Assembly (NCBI GenBank): GCA_963702095.1
Contig: OY969706.1
Span: forward strand, 2,336,001 to 2,400,000
From: Candidatus Bathyarchaeota archaeon
Lineage (GTDB): Archaea > Thermoproteota > Bathyarchaeia > Bathyarchaeales > Bathycorpusculaceae
Direction: 5' to 3'
DNA: 64,000 nt
A program made the translations under genes and the position numbers. Shown here one piece after another: positions 29,154 through 39,251 of this stretch. Within the stretch, counting starts at the first letter, position 1; every line of letters starts with the position of its first letter. The notes beneath the pieces are model-generated. The model was given only the letters and a program-made list of their open reading frames with translations, did not search any database and was not told where the DNA came from.

Positions 29154-29786
29154 ATGACTAAGACTTTACTGGTGAACTGTTACCTTGACAGCAACAAAAT
29201 CAACCCCCTCTGCGACGCACTCAACAAGTTCACAGTCTGCAAAACAGTGCCCTACACAAAAATTCAGAAAGACTATCGGTTTGGGGAAGATATCGCCGCA
29301 GTCGTCGTAAGCGGCTCCGAATCCCGCATAGTAAAACCTGAGGACCAAATCAAATTCAAAGGCGTCATAGATTTTATTCCAACATGCGAGGTGCCTCTGT
29401 TCGCCGTTTGTTTTGGGCATCAACTATTATGCACTGCTTTTGGCGCCAAAACCGCTTCGCTTCCCAAGCCAGTCATGGACCGGTTTGAACAGGTTAACAT
29501 TATCCAGACAGGCGACATTCTTAGCCGATTTAGAAAAGGCCAAGCGGTTCCCCTGGCAGAATACCACAACGACTACGTCTTAAAAGACAGCCTCTACGAC
29601 GCAGGCTTCAACTTGATCGCTGACTCCCCAAGCTGCGAAGTGGAAGCGGTGAAGCACAAGAGCAAGTTGTTCTTCGGCGTCCAATTCCACCCCGAACGCA
29701 TCACAATCGGAGACGAAACCCATCCTGAAGGTCATCAAATCATTGATAACTTTTTCTGCAACAATGTGAAACGACTCGGCATCTAG
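29154..29786 (+). CDS. Class I glutamine amidotransferase
   Basis: AVCFGHQ and QFHPE catalytic triad. Confidence 0.88.
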   Translation: MTKTLLVNCYLDSNKINPLCDALNKFTVCKTVPYTKIQKDYRFGEDIAAVVVSGSESRIVKPEDQIKFKGVIDFIPTCEVPLFAVCFGHQLLCTAFGAKTASLPKPVMDRFEQVNIIQTGDILSRFRKGQAVPLAEYHNDYVLKDSLYDAGFNLIADSPSCEVEAVKHKSKLFFGVQFHPERITIGDETHPEGHQIIDNFFCNNVKRLGI

Positions 29787-29825
29787 CTCCAAAACTTAAA
29801 CTGCACTATTCAAGTGTGAGATCAG

Positions 29826-29944
29826 TGTTTTTTCTTTAGTTGTTGTTGCAGGAAATCGCCTATACACAACAACAACCAACAGACTGTCTGGGCGACTGTG
29901 TTTTGGGTTCAGCTTGCGTCTGCAATTGAAGACTGCTTGTGGCG
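29826..29944 (+). repeat. Dispersed intergenic repeat family 1, copy C
   Basis: Shares CCTATACACAACAACAACCAACAG with the reverse complement of about 50889..50912, and CTGTGTTTTG.GTTC with copies A and F. Confidence 0.7.
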
Positions 29945-30058
29945 TATTCAACAATCACATCAAAAGAGGGCCGTAAAAGTTGATCTGAGATAGAAACGGA
30001 GCAAATTTGTATTTTTTGGGCAAAAACTAATTACATCCAAACCCAAGCAATAACAAAC

Positions 30059-30529
30059 GTGACCTCTATGGAAAACTGCGCCCGATGCGGAAAAGAGCTG
30101 CTCTGGAATGAGCGGAGAATGGTTTTCTGGAATAAGCAGCTCAAGAAAGGCTACATCAAATGGTACGTTATTGGCTCACGAGATGTGGGTAAACGCAAAG
30201 AATTCCCGGAACTCAAAGGAAAAAAACTTTGCCAAGCCTGCGCATACGCGGTTTTCCTCGGACCATTAGAACAATCAAAGACGCCTAAACCATCCAAACA
30301 ACGCGAGATGCCTCAAACAATCACCAGCATAGAAATCGCTGATTTTGCAGCACTAAACTGTTACCTCAAAGACAACGGCGTAGTCATGTCAGCGTTTAAC
30401 TGCCCCAAATGCAACAGCATGATAGACATCCCAGAAGAGGGCAAAGTTTTGGTTTGCAGACACTGCGGCAACCCAGTCAAGCCAGCGGATGTCTACGAGA
30501 AAGCCAAAGCCCTAATACCCGAAAGTTAA
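30059..30529 (+). CDS. Double zinc-ribbon hypothetical protein
   Basis: CARC, CQAC, CPKC, CRHC. Confidence 0.75.
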   Translation: MTSMENCARCGKELLWNERRMVFWNKQLKKGYIKWYVIGSRDVGKRKEFPELKGKKLCQACAYAVFLGPLEQSKTPKPSKQREMPQTITSIEIADFAALNCYLKDNGVVMSAFNCPKCNSMIDIPEEGKVLVCRHCGNPVKPADVYEKAKALIPES

Positions 30530-30533
30530 ATCG

Positions 30534-30719
30534 GGGCTTATCTGTTTTTTTCTTTATGTGGGTGTGGCGTTTTGCAGGGCACCACAAGAATGCAACTGAA
30601 TGCGGTTGTTTTTTTGGTTTGCTTTGTTTTTCTTTGGCTGTTTTGGTGTGGCAAGTGTGTTTTTCTCCACACGCGGTGCATGGCTCCTTGCAGAATCAGC
30701 CGCCGTGTGAGTGTGGAAG
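30534..30719 (+). repeat. Dispersed intergenic repeat family 2, copy 2
   Basis: Colinear similarity to the reverse complement of 18634..18822. Confidence 0.75.
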
Positions 30720-30803
30720 TATGTTGGATTTGATAATGGATTTACCGTTTAAAGTCAAGGTTTTTCGGAATATTTATGTACCAAATGGTACCATCTGTTA
30801 ACC

Positions 30804-31145
30804 ATGCAGAAACAGACCGATTCAGAAGGTTGCCAAGCGGCAGTGCGCCTCCCAAAATCAGACTACAAAAAAATCCAACACCTCATCGACGCAGGCCTCT
30901 ACCGCAGCTTCGCCGATTTCCTAAGAGACGCCGCGAGGGACAAACTCGCAAGCATGGAAGTCATCAGCGTCAAAGACGTTACAGTACAAGAAGCCGAACA
31001 CATGATTGGAGAATACCTAAAAGCCCATCCGGGGCCAAGTTTTGCCAGCGAAATAGCCGACACACTGGGGCTGGAATACGACATAACTTTTAAAACAATC
31101 CATAAACTGCTTGAAGAAGGACACATCAAGAAGGCAAAGAAATGA
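30804..31145 (+). CDS. Ribbon-helix-helix plus wHTH DNA-binding protein
   Basis: VRLP...IQHLIDAGLYRSFADFLRDAAR (RHH); SEIADTLGLE...L.EEG (HTH). Confidence 0.8.
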   Translation: MQKQTDSEGCQAAVRLPKSDYKKIQHLIDAGLYRSFADFLRDAARDKLASMEVISVKDVTVQEAEHMIGEYLKAHPGPSFASEIADTLGLEYDITFKTIHKLLEEGHIKKAKK

Positions 31146-31309
31146 CCACCCTAACCAGTGAAGGCGACGGCATAATCGGCAAACGCATAGTCTACATAGC
31201 GCGAAAAGTGTCTGGTCCAAGGCTAATTATGAAGGGTGGGAGGCACCGCGGTATGGAAGGCGTCCTCTACGACGGAAAAGCCTACGTGGACGTAGCTGTT
31301 GAAAAGTGA
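31142..31309 (+). CDS. 55-aa ORF translationally coupled to the RHH-HTH gene (possible remnant)
   Basis: ATGA overlap; MTTLTSEGDGIIGKRIVYIARKVSGPRLIMKGGRHRGMEGVLYDGKAYVDVAVEK*. Confidence 0.45.
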   Translation: MTTLTSEGDGIIGKRIVYIARKVSGPRLIMKGGRHRGMEGVLYDGKAYVDVAVEK

Positions 31310-31408
31310 TTACTGAATTAGGTAACCCAAGGGCAGGACCCCAGTATTTTATGAAGCGCCCATCAACAAGTTATTTTAATATCTATTACGACACTATACT
31401 GGGACGGT

Positions 31409-31612
31409 ATACTTGGGATTAGAAAGCGGCGTCAAACTAGGCGGCTCTGGGGCAGTTTTGTTGCACTCAGCCTTACGTTCCTCATGCTTGCTTGGGGCTA
31501 CTTCGTAGGAGCCGACGCTGTAACGTTTTGTTTGTTCTTGATAATTTCCCTTGCCGCCGCCTTTTCGGTGCTGATTATTTTTAGGGCAAAACGAGGAGTA
31601 AAGCAAGACTGA
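31409..31612 (+). CDS. Putative small two-TM protein (ATA start, or ATG at 31484)
   Basis: LGIRKRRQTRRLWGSFVALSLTFLMLAWGYFVGADAVTFCLFLIISLAAAFSVLIIFRAKRGVKQD*: basic-TM-TM-basic layout. Confidence 0.5.
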   Translation: MLGIRKRRQTRRLWGSFVALSLTFLMLAWGYFVGADAVTFCLFLIISLAAAFSVLIIFRAKRGVKQD

Positions 31613-31645
31613 AATGCCCGCTACGTTGGGCCAGAACTCGTCGGC

Positions 31646-32458
31646 TTAGATAACTCGCGGGTAGCTTCCCAGAATCTTTATGAAATTCGCGTACTTCTCC
31701 AAGGCCGCCAACGCCTCAGTGCAACGTTTCTCTGTCCGATGCCCCTCGAAATCAACGTAAAAGTTGTATTGCCAGGCGGTGGTTTTGGTGGGTCTGGATT
31801 CGATGCGTGTTAGGTTGATGTTGCGGGATGCGAATTCGCCGATTGCGTGATAGAGCGTGCCCGGCGCATGTTTGAGCGAGAAGATGATGCTGGTTTTGTC
31901 GTCGCCAGTTGGTGCCGCATCTTCTAATCCCAGTACGAGGAAGCGGGTGTAGTTGGTGGGGTTGTCGGCGATGTCTCTTGCGAGGATTTTCATGCCGTAG
32001 AGGTCGGCGGCTTTTTCAGATGCGATGGCTGCGGCGTCTGTTCGGCTTTGTTCTTTGACTATTTTGACTGCGCCGGCGGTGTCGTAGGCGGGGATGACGT
32101 CCCAGTTGTGTTTTTCGAGGTATTTGCGGCATTGCGCCAGCGCTTGGGGGTGCGAATAGACGGTTTTGATGTTGTCGATTTTGGTGTCGGGGTTGCCGAT
32201 TAAGACATGGGCGAGTTTGACTGCGACTTCCCCGCAGACTTTGAGGTCGTAAGACAGAAAAAGGTCGTAGTTTTGGTTGATGCTGCCCTCAATGCTGTTC
32301 TCAATGGGAACCACACCATGGGGCACAGCCTCGGTTTTGACGGATTCGAAAACATCGCGGAAGTCTTTGCAGGGCACCGGCTCAACTTTGCCGCCGAAAA
32401 ACTTGTAGACCGCCATCTCACTGTAGGCGCCGGTTTCACCCTGATAAGTTACCTTCAT
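31646..32458 (-). CDS. pheA: Prephenate dehydratase
   Basis: GAYSE, PIENSIEG, SHPQALAQC, NYTRF, IESRP. Confidence 0.95.
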   Translation of the reverse strand: MKVTYQGETGAYSEMAVYKFFGGKVEPVPCKDFRDVFESVKTEAVPHGVVPIENSIEGSINQNYDLFLSYDLKVCGEVAVKLAHVLIGNPDTKIDNIKTVYSHPQALAQCRKYLEKHNWDVIPAYDTAGAVKIVKEQSRTDAAAIASEKAADLYGMKILARDIADNPTNYTRFLVLGLEDAAPTGDDKTSIIFSLKHAPGTLYHAIGEFASRNINLTRIESRPTKTTAWQYNFYVDFEGHRTEKRCTEALAALEKYANFIKILGSYPRVI

Positions 32459-33981
32459 TGTTTCTTGCCTTGACTACGATTCTTTAGTAAGCACTTGTTT
32501 ATACCGTTTATCATTGCTTCCACAGATGCCATGACGATGTCTTCTCTGGCAGCACGGGCGCTGACTATGTTGCCTTTTTCGTCTTCGACTTTTATGACTA
32601 CTTCAGCGACTGCGTTGGAGCCGCCGGTGATGGCTTCCAATCTGTATTCGCTTAGGCGGATTTTTTCGAGGTTGCTGGTTAATTTCTGGATGGCTTTGAG
32701 TGCTGCATCGACGGGGCCGACACCGGTTTCTGCGGCAACGTATTCTTTGCCGTCCAGCGTCAGGCGTACCGAAGCGGTTGGGATGACTTTTATGCCTGTG
32801 ACGACTGCCATGTCGCAGAGGTCAACGATTTTTTCTTCGCCAATCACCTCACCCATGACTGCGGATGTTAAGGCTATTAGGTCGGCGTCGGTTACCATTT
32901 TACCTTTGTCGCCCAATTCTTTGACGCGTTTGACGATTTCGGATAGTTGCTCTTCGTTGGGGTGAATGCCGATATCTTTCAGTTCTGCTTGGATGCCTCT
33001 TGTGCCTGCAAGTTTGCCCGCGACGAGTTTGCGGGTTCTGCCCACGAGTTCAGGGCTGATGGGCTCAAAGGTCAACGGTTGCTCTGTGACGCCTCTGGTG
33101 TGAATACCGCTTTCGTGAGCAAAGGCATTTTCGCCGACAATTGCCTTGTTAACCTGCACGTTTATTCCTGTTAAAGAGGCTACCATGCGGCTGGTGCTGT
33201 AGAGCAAGCGTGTGTTAATGTTGGTTTTGTACTTGTAGACCACATGCAGGGTGGTGGCGACTTCTTCTAGGGCTGCGTTGCCTGCGCGTTCGCCAAGACC
33301 GTTTACGGCAGTGTGGACTTGGGCTGCGCCTGCTTCAACGGCGGCTAAGCTGTTGGCGACTGCTAAGCCGAAGTCGTTGTGGCAGTGGGCGCTAAGTGGA
33401 ACCTTGATGTAGCTTTTAAGTTCCTTAAAAAACTCAAAAGTTGTTCTTGGTATCATGCAGCCGACGGTGTCTGGCGTGTTTAAGCTGTCCATGCCTGCGT
33501 CCTGTGCTGCTAGGCAAATTTGTTTTAGGAAGGGCGGTTCGGTACGAGTGGCATCCATTGGGGAGAATTCACATTTTACGCCATGCTTCTTTACGTATTG
33601 AATTGAGTCTACAGCGGACGCTAAAACCTGTTCAGGGGTCATGTTAACGGCGTATTTCATCTGTACAGGCGAAGTGGGGATGAACACGTGGATTAAGTCA
33701 ACGTCGCAGTCTAGTGCGGCGTCGATGTCTTTTTTTGTACAGCGGGATAGGGCACAGATTTCTGAGGTTAAGCCCAGTTTGGCGATGTCTCTGACGACTC
33801 TTTTTTCGCCTTCAGAACTGCTTGGAAAACCAGCTTCGATAACGTCTACGCCGAGTTTGCTTAGTTGGCGTGCAATCTCGATTTTGTCGTCGGTTGTTAG
33901 GGAAACGCCGGGGGTTTGTTCCCCGTCCCTCAACGTTGTATCTAAAATGCGGATGGTTCGGGTTTCAGTTTGTTGTGTCAT
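32455..33981 (-). CDS. leuA: 2-isopropylmalate synthase (LeuA/CimA family)
   Basis: [28 protein letters not shown], regulatory domain GVGPVDA. Confidence 0.9.
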   Translation of the reverse strand: MTQQTETRTIRILDTTLRDGEQTPGVSLTTDDKIEIARQLSKLGVDVIEAGFPSSSEGEKRVVRDIAKLGLTSEICALSRCTKKDIDAALDCDVDLIHVFIPTSPVQMKYAVNMTPEQVLASAVDSIQYVKKHGVKCEFSPMDATRTEPPFLKQICLAAQDAGMDSLNTPDTVGCMIPRTTFEFFKELKSYIKVPLSAHCHNDFGLAVANSLAAVEAGAAQVHTAVNGLGERAGNAALEEVATTLHVVYKYKTNINTRLLYSTSRMVASLTGINVQVNKAIVGENAFAHESGIHTRGVTEQPLTFEPISPELVGRTRKLVAGKLAGTRGIQAELKDIGIHPNEEQLSEIVKRVKELGDKGKMVTDADLIALTSAVMGEVIGEEKIVDLCDMAVVTGIKVIPTASVRLTLDGKEYVAAETGVGPVDAALKAIQKLTSNLEKIRLSEYRLEAITGGSNAVAEVVIKVEDEKGNIVSARAAREDIVMASVEAMINGINKCLLKNRSQGKKQ

Positions 33982-33986
33982 ATGGG

Positions 33987-35024
33987 TCAGCTTTTCGCAG
34001 CGGTTAAGGCTGCGGCGATGGCTTCTGCCATGCCCACGGTGGTGGTTTTGCCGCCGCAGTCAGGAACACATTGCCCATTCTTCAACGCGTAGATGGTGCC
34101 GTTTTCTATGGCTGCCGCTGCCTTAATGCATTTGGGATCATTGTATTTTTCACCCAGCCAATCCAGCATCATCTTTGCAGACAGGATCATGCTGATGGGA
34201 TTGGCGGTGTGTTTGCCTGCACGGTTGGGTGCGGAGCCATGGATGGGTTCGAATAAACCAAAGTTGTCGCCGATGTTTGCGCCGGGAGCCATGCCTAAGC
34301 CTCCGATGAGTTGCGCTGCTTCGTCAGAAAGGATGTCGCCGAACATGTTGCAGGTGCAGAAGACATCGAAGAATTCGGGTTCTTTGATTAGGCGCATGGA
34401 GGCGGCGTCAACGTAGAGTTCGTTGAACGCGATGTCTGGATAGCCTTTGGCGACTTCGCGGCATACGTCGCGGAATAAGCCGTCGGTTACACGCATGACG
34501 TTGGCTTTGTGGATGGCGGTAACGCGTTTTTTGCCATTACGTAGGCGGGCGACCTCGAATGCTTTTTTGGCGATGCGCGTGCTGTTTTGGCGTGTGATAA
34601 CTCGTAGGCACAGGGCTGTGTCGTTGCCTATCATGAATTCTAAGCCTTTGTAGACGTCCTCGGTGTTTTCGCGGACAAAAAACATGTCGATGTTTGGCCG
34701 TGCAGCCTGTACGCCCGGGTAAGTTTTCAGGGGGCGCAAGTTGGCATATAAGTCGAACATGCAGCGTAGTTTAACGATGACATCAGCTGCGGATTCGCCG
34801 ACTGGACCCTTCATGCAGGCGTGGCTGTTCTTGATTTTCTCCACAGTGTCCGCTGGTAGGGCGGCGCCGAGGGTTTCAAGGGCGATGTCGCCTGCTGGGG
34901 CTTCGATGATTTTTAGTTTCAATTCAAACTTTTTTTGGACTGCATCTAGGACTTTTAGGGTAGCTTCAGATAATTCGGGTCCGATGCCGTCGCCTGGAAT
35001 TAGGGATATTTTGTATTCAGTCAT
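33987..35024 (-). CDS. leuB: 3-isopropylmalate dehydrogenase
   Basis: KGPVGESAADVIVKLR, EPIHGSAP; leu operon context. Confidence 0.92.
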   Translation of the reverse strand: MTEYKISLIPGDGIGPELSEATLKVLDAVQKKFELKLKIIEAPAGDIALETLGAALPADTVEKIKNSHACMKGPVGESAADVIVKLRCMFDLYANLRPLKTYPGVQAARPNIDMFFVRENTEDVYKGLEFMIGNDTALCLRVITRQNSTRIAKKAFEVARLRNGKKRVTAIHKANVMRVTDGLFRDVCREVAKGYPDIAFNELYVDAASMRLIKEPEFFDVFCTCNMFGDILSDEAAQLIGGLGMAPGANIGDNFGLFEPIHGSAPNRAGKHTANPISMILSAKMMLDWLGEKYNDPKCIKAAAAIENGTIYALKNGQCVPDCGGKTTTVGMAEAIAAALTAAKS

Positions 35025-35524
35025 TTCTTGTTCATTCTCCTTCGTAAGTTCTCAATTAATCCGCCGTCCGCCAAAATCTCTAAGATGAAAGGCGGCAGTT
35101 TCTCCACTTGGAACTTTTTGCCATTGGAAACATTTTCAATCTTGCCGGCTACAAAGTCCACGGCTAATTCGTCGCCAGTCTTAACCGAAGTTGATATGCC
35201 TTTGCATTCAATTACGGGCAAACCGATGTTGATTGCGTTGCGGAAGAATATTCGGGCAAACGACTCAGCAATGACGCATTTGACGCCGCTGTACTTTAGC
35301 GCTAATGGTGCCTGTTCGCGGCTGGAGCCGCAGCCGAAGTTTTTGCCTCCGACCAAGATTACGCCTGGTTTGGCTTTTTTTACGAAGTCTGTGTCTAAGC
35401 CTTCCAAAGCGTGTTGGGCTAAGTCGTGGGGGTCCACTAAGATTAGGTATTTACCTGGTAAGATGACGTCGGTGTCAATGTTGTTTCCGAAGACTACTGC
35501 TTTGGCTTTGATTTTGCTCTCCAT
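35021..35524 (-). CDS. leuD: 3-isopropylmalate dehydratase small subunit
   Basis: NIDTDVILP, NFGCGSSREQA, SFARIFFRN; ATG at 35524 overlaps the leuC stop. Confidence 0.95.
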   Translation of the reverse strand: MESKIKAKAVVFGNNIDTDVILPGKYLILVDPHDLAQHALEGLDTDFVKKAKPGVILVGGKNFGCGSSREQAPLALKYSGVKCVIAESFARIFFRNAINIGLPVIECKGISTSVKTGDELAVDFVAGKIENVSNGKKFQVEKLPPFILEILADGGLIENLRRRMNKK

Positions 35525-36786
35525 TAAGTCACTACCTCCAGTGGACTCACTATTCTGCCAGCTATCGCCGAAGCCGCTACAGTGGCGGGCGAGGCTAAGT
35601 AGACGCTGGCTTGGGGGCTGCCCATTCGTCCGATGAAGTTGCGGTTGCTTGACGAAACACATGATTCGCCCGCTGCCAACAAGCCGATGTGGCCGCCTAA
35701 GCAGGGCCCGCATGCGCTGCCGCAGACGATTGCGCCTGCATCGGTAAAGATTTCCAGCAAACCCTCTTGAGCCGCTTCCTTCCATACCTCCTGAGAGGCA
35801 GGGATGACCAAGGCGCGGACGCCGTCTTTGACTTTTTTGCCCTTCATAACTTGGGCTGCTAAACGCAAATCTTCCAGTCTGCCGTTGGTGCAGCTACCGA
35901 TGAAAGCCTGCTCAATTGGAACGTTACCGACTTCTGAGACGGGTTTAACGTTGTCCACTGAACTGGGGCACGCGATTTGGGGCTCCAACTTTGCAGCGTC
36001 GAATTCAACTGTGCGCTCGTATTCGGCGTCTTTGTCGCTTTGCAATGCCGCTAAGTCGGGCATTTTGGAGATTCTGCCCTGCAAGAAGTCCTCGGTGGTT
36101 TCGTCAGGTGCGATTATGCCGTTTTTGGCGCCCATCTCAACCGCCATGTTGCAGACGGTCATTCTGCCCGCTACGCTCATAGCTTTGATGGTTGGACCAG
36201 TGAATTCTGCGGCTCGGTATATGGCGCCATCTACGCTTAGTGTGCCGATGATGTTTAGGATCAGGTCTTTGGGGGCGACGTATTTTTTGAATTTTCCTTT
36301 GACGTTGACTTTGATGGTTGGGGGTACTTTGAACCAGATTTTGCCGGTTGCCATGACTGCGGCTGCTTCTGTGGAGCCAATGCCCGTGGCGAAGGCTCCG
36401 AAGGCTCCGTAAGTGCAGGTGTGGCTGTCTGCGCCGACGACAACTGTACCGGGGGTGACGTGGCCTTTTTCGGGCATAACTTGGTGACAGATGCCTCCTC
36501 TGCCGACTTCGTAGAACTGGAGGTTCTGGGTTTTGGCAAAGTTGCGCATGGTTTTGTGTAGTTCCGCTGCTTTCACGGATTCAGCGGGAACCTGATGGTC
36601 CAGAATCACTACTACTTTTTTGTTATCCCAAACTTTTGGGGTTCCGATTTTGTTGAATGCTTCCACAGCTAAAGGTCCAGTTAAGTCATGCACCATAACC
36701 ATGTCGACGTTGGCGTCGACGATTTCGCCTGGATGCACGGCTTTTTTGCCTGCGGCTTTAGCCAAGATTTTTTCTGTAATGTTCAT
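35524..36786 (-). CDS. leuC: 3-isopropylmalate dehydratase large subunit
   Basis: GADSHTCT, GSCTNGR, CGPCLG, NRNFIGRMG. Confidence 0.95.
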   Translation of the reverse strand: MNITEKILAKAAGKKAVHPGEIVDANVDMVMVHDLTGPLAVEAFNKIGTPKVWDNKKVVVILDHQVPAESVKAAELHKTMRNFAKTQNLQFYEVGRGGICHQVMPEKGHVTPGTVVVGADSHTCTYGAFGAFATGIGSTEAAAVMATGKIWFKVPPTIKVNVKGKFKKYVAPKDLILNIIGTLSVDGAIYRAAEFTGPTIKAMSVAGRMTVCNMAVEMGAKNGIIAPDETTEDFLQGRISKMPDLAALQSDKDAEYERTVEFDAAKLEPQIACPSSVDNVKPVSEVGNVPIEQAFIGSCTNGRLEDLRLAAQVMKGKKVKDGVRALVIPASQEVWKEAAQEGLLEIFTDAGAIVCGSACGPCLGGHIGLLAAGESCVSSSNRNFIGRMGSPQASVYLASPATVAASAIAGRIVSPLEVVT

Positions 36787-36883
36787 TGCATTTTCTTTTC
36801 CTTTTAATTAAACTGCTTAACCATAGGATAATGGCAAATTCTAAAGAAGGGACGTTTAAGTATTTGGGCTTTGGACATGCAGT

Positions 36884-37395
36884 TTAATCGTCGATTCTTA
36901 TGGATTTAGCGCCCCGCGCCAATGCAGTGATGCCAGTGCGTGCAAGCTCGATAATGCCAAACGTTTTCATGAGGTTGAGGAAAGCGTCGATTTTGTCGGG
37001 AGCTCCGGTGATTTCTACGGTTATGTTGTCAGGGAGACATCGATGATTCTGCCTCGGAAGACTTCGACGAAGTTAATGATGTCACTGCGTTCCTTTGAAT
37101 CTTTAACTGCGACTTTAATCAGCGAGAGCTCTCTCATAACGTAGTTGCCGAATTCGAGTTCACCGACTTTTAAGACGTCGATTTGTTTTTCCACTTGCTT
37201 GACAACTTGGTCCAAGGTTTTCTCATCGCCGTTAACTGTTATGGTCATGCGTGCAATGTCGGATTTTTCTGTTGGGCCGACGGTGATGGATTCGATGTTG
37301 AAGTTTCGGCGTCTGAACAAGTTGGCAATCATGTGCAAGACACCTGGCTTGTTTTCGACTAGCACAGATATAACTTTGAGTTTTTCCGCTTGCAT
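36884..37395 (-). CDS. ilvN: Acetolactate synthase small subunit; apparent 1-nt frameshift near 37033
   Basis: [18 protein letters not shown]; the shifted frame continues [17 protein letters not shown]...IELARTG...DD*. Confidence 0.9.
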
Positions 37396-39100
37396 TAGTA
37401 GTCACCTCTCTGTTGGGGTAAACCGCAGCCCGGCGGCACAAACGGAACCACATCCGTCTCTGAACCGATAGGCACATCGATTACCGTAGTAACTTTACTG
37501 GTTAGTGCCTGCTTAACTGCTTTGCGGAATTCTTCTATGCTGTTGATGCGTACGCCGTTTGCCCCGTAAGCTTCTGCCAGCTTAACCATGTCGGGGTACT
37601 TGCCCAAGTTGACTGCCATGTAGCGACGGTTGTAAAGGGTGCGTTGCCACTGAGCCACCATGCCCAACACACTGTTGTTTAAGACGATGACTGTGACTGG
37701 GATGTTTTCGCTGACGCTGCATGCCAGTTCCTGCTCAGTCATGACGAAGCTGCCGTCTCCTGCAACGTCCACAACTGGACGGTCGGGACACGCGACTTTG
37801 GCGCCTATAGCTGCTGGGAAACCAAAGCCCATAGTTCCAAGCCCACCGCTGCTGATGAAGGTACGGGGTTTTAGTGCTCGGAAGTATAGTGCGGACCACA
37901 TCTGGTTCTGGCCGACTTCTGTGGTGATGATGCCGTTTTCAGGCAGCAACTCACGCAGTGCAAACAGCAAATGCTTTGGGACGATGTCTTTGGGTCTATC
38001 CTTTAGTAGGGGACTTAGTTGTTCTTTGGCTTCTTTGACGCGTTTAGTCCATGCGGTGCCTTCGCCCTTCCTTAGTTTATTGGAGGTGGCTTTTAGCAGC
38101 ATCTGCAGCGATGCCTTGGCGTCGGCAACGATGGGCACATCTATCTCTATGTTTTTGTTGATTTCCGCGTTGTCAACTTCGATTTGGATTTTCTTGGCTT
38201 CAGACGCGAAAGAGTCAAGGTTGGCGGTTGCGCGGTCACTGAACCTTGTTCCAACTGCCAACAACACGTCGGCTTCACCCATCAGCCTGTTTGCCGCGGG
38301 GTTGCCGTGCATGCCAATACTGCCCAAAGACAAGGGGTGGGTTTCTGGGAAAGCGCCTTTACCCATAAACGTGGTTGCAACCGGCGCCATCAACAGGTCT
38401 GACATCTGCACTATTTCGTCACTTGCACCTGCGATTATGGCTCCGCCTCCAACCAAGATAAGGGGGCGCTCGGCTTTGGAGAGCAGCTTGGCGGCTTCGC
38501 TGATCCGTGCGGGGTCCGGTTCGCCGGGCAGTTTGTAGCCTCGGGCGTCGATTTTATCGGTGAATTCGACTTCGGCGACTTCTGCTTGGATGTTTTTGGG
38601 CAAGTCGATCAGGACGGGTCCGGGTCTGCCGGTTGTGGCTATGTAGAAGGCGCTTTTGACGGCGACGGGGATGTCGTTAACGCGGCGGGGTTGGTAGCTG
38701 TATTTTGTGATGGCGGTTGTGATGCCTATGATGTCGGCTTCTTGGAAGGCGTCTCTGCCGATCATGTAGGTGGTATTGACTCCGCTGGACGGTACTTGCC
38801 CTGTTAAGGCGACTATGGGGGAGGAGTCCATGTAGGCGTTGGCGATGCCTGTTACGAGGTTGGTGGCTCCGGGCCGCTTGTTGCCATGCATACGCCTGCG
38901 CGTCCGCTGGCTTTAGCGTATCCTTCAGCTTCATGGGCTGCGCATTGTTCGTGTCGTGCGAGGATGTGGCGGATTTTTTTGTTGCCGCAGAGTGCATCGT
39001 ATACGGGTAGGATAGCGCCGCCTAAGATACCGAAGATTGTGTCAACTTTTTCTCGTTCAAGGGATTCTAAAAGTGCCTGAGCACCGCTCATTTCAGTCAT
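37395..39100 (-). CDS. ilvB: Acetolactate synthase large subunit; apparent 1-nt frameshift near 38872
   Basis: RHEQ...ATSGP|GATN join; [16 protein letters not shown]. Confidence 0.92.
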
Positions 39101-39200
39101 ATCTTACATGGTCTCCTGTTGTTTATGATTTATACTCTTGTCTGGTTGAAAAATTGTTTGCGAGAATTTTATGGATGATTCAGAGGGTTGCCTGGGTGAA

Positions 39201-39251
39201 TTAGTTGAAGTGTACCCGTCGATCCCAGCTATTGAGGTGACGATCCCTCAT
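39201..39251 (-). promoter_or_regulatory. 16-codon uORF in a structured ilvB leader
   Basis: GAGGCAGG SD-like sequence, then MRDRHLNSWDRRVHFN*; complementary segments GAGGG/CCCTC and CTGGG/CCCAG. Confidence 0.4.

Noticed and set aside
31394-31606. 70-aa minus-strand ORF
   Set aside because: Antisense to a more plausible two-TM ORF; no recognisable motif
37660-38538. Long antisense ORFs (also 19326..19958, 35028..35636, 35804..36412, 12621..13247)
   Set aside because: Mirror frames of well-conserved genes with no motifs of their own
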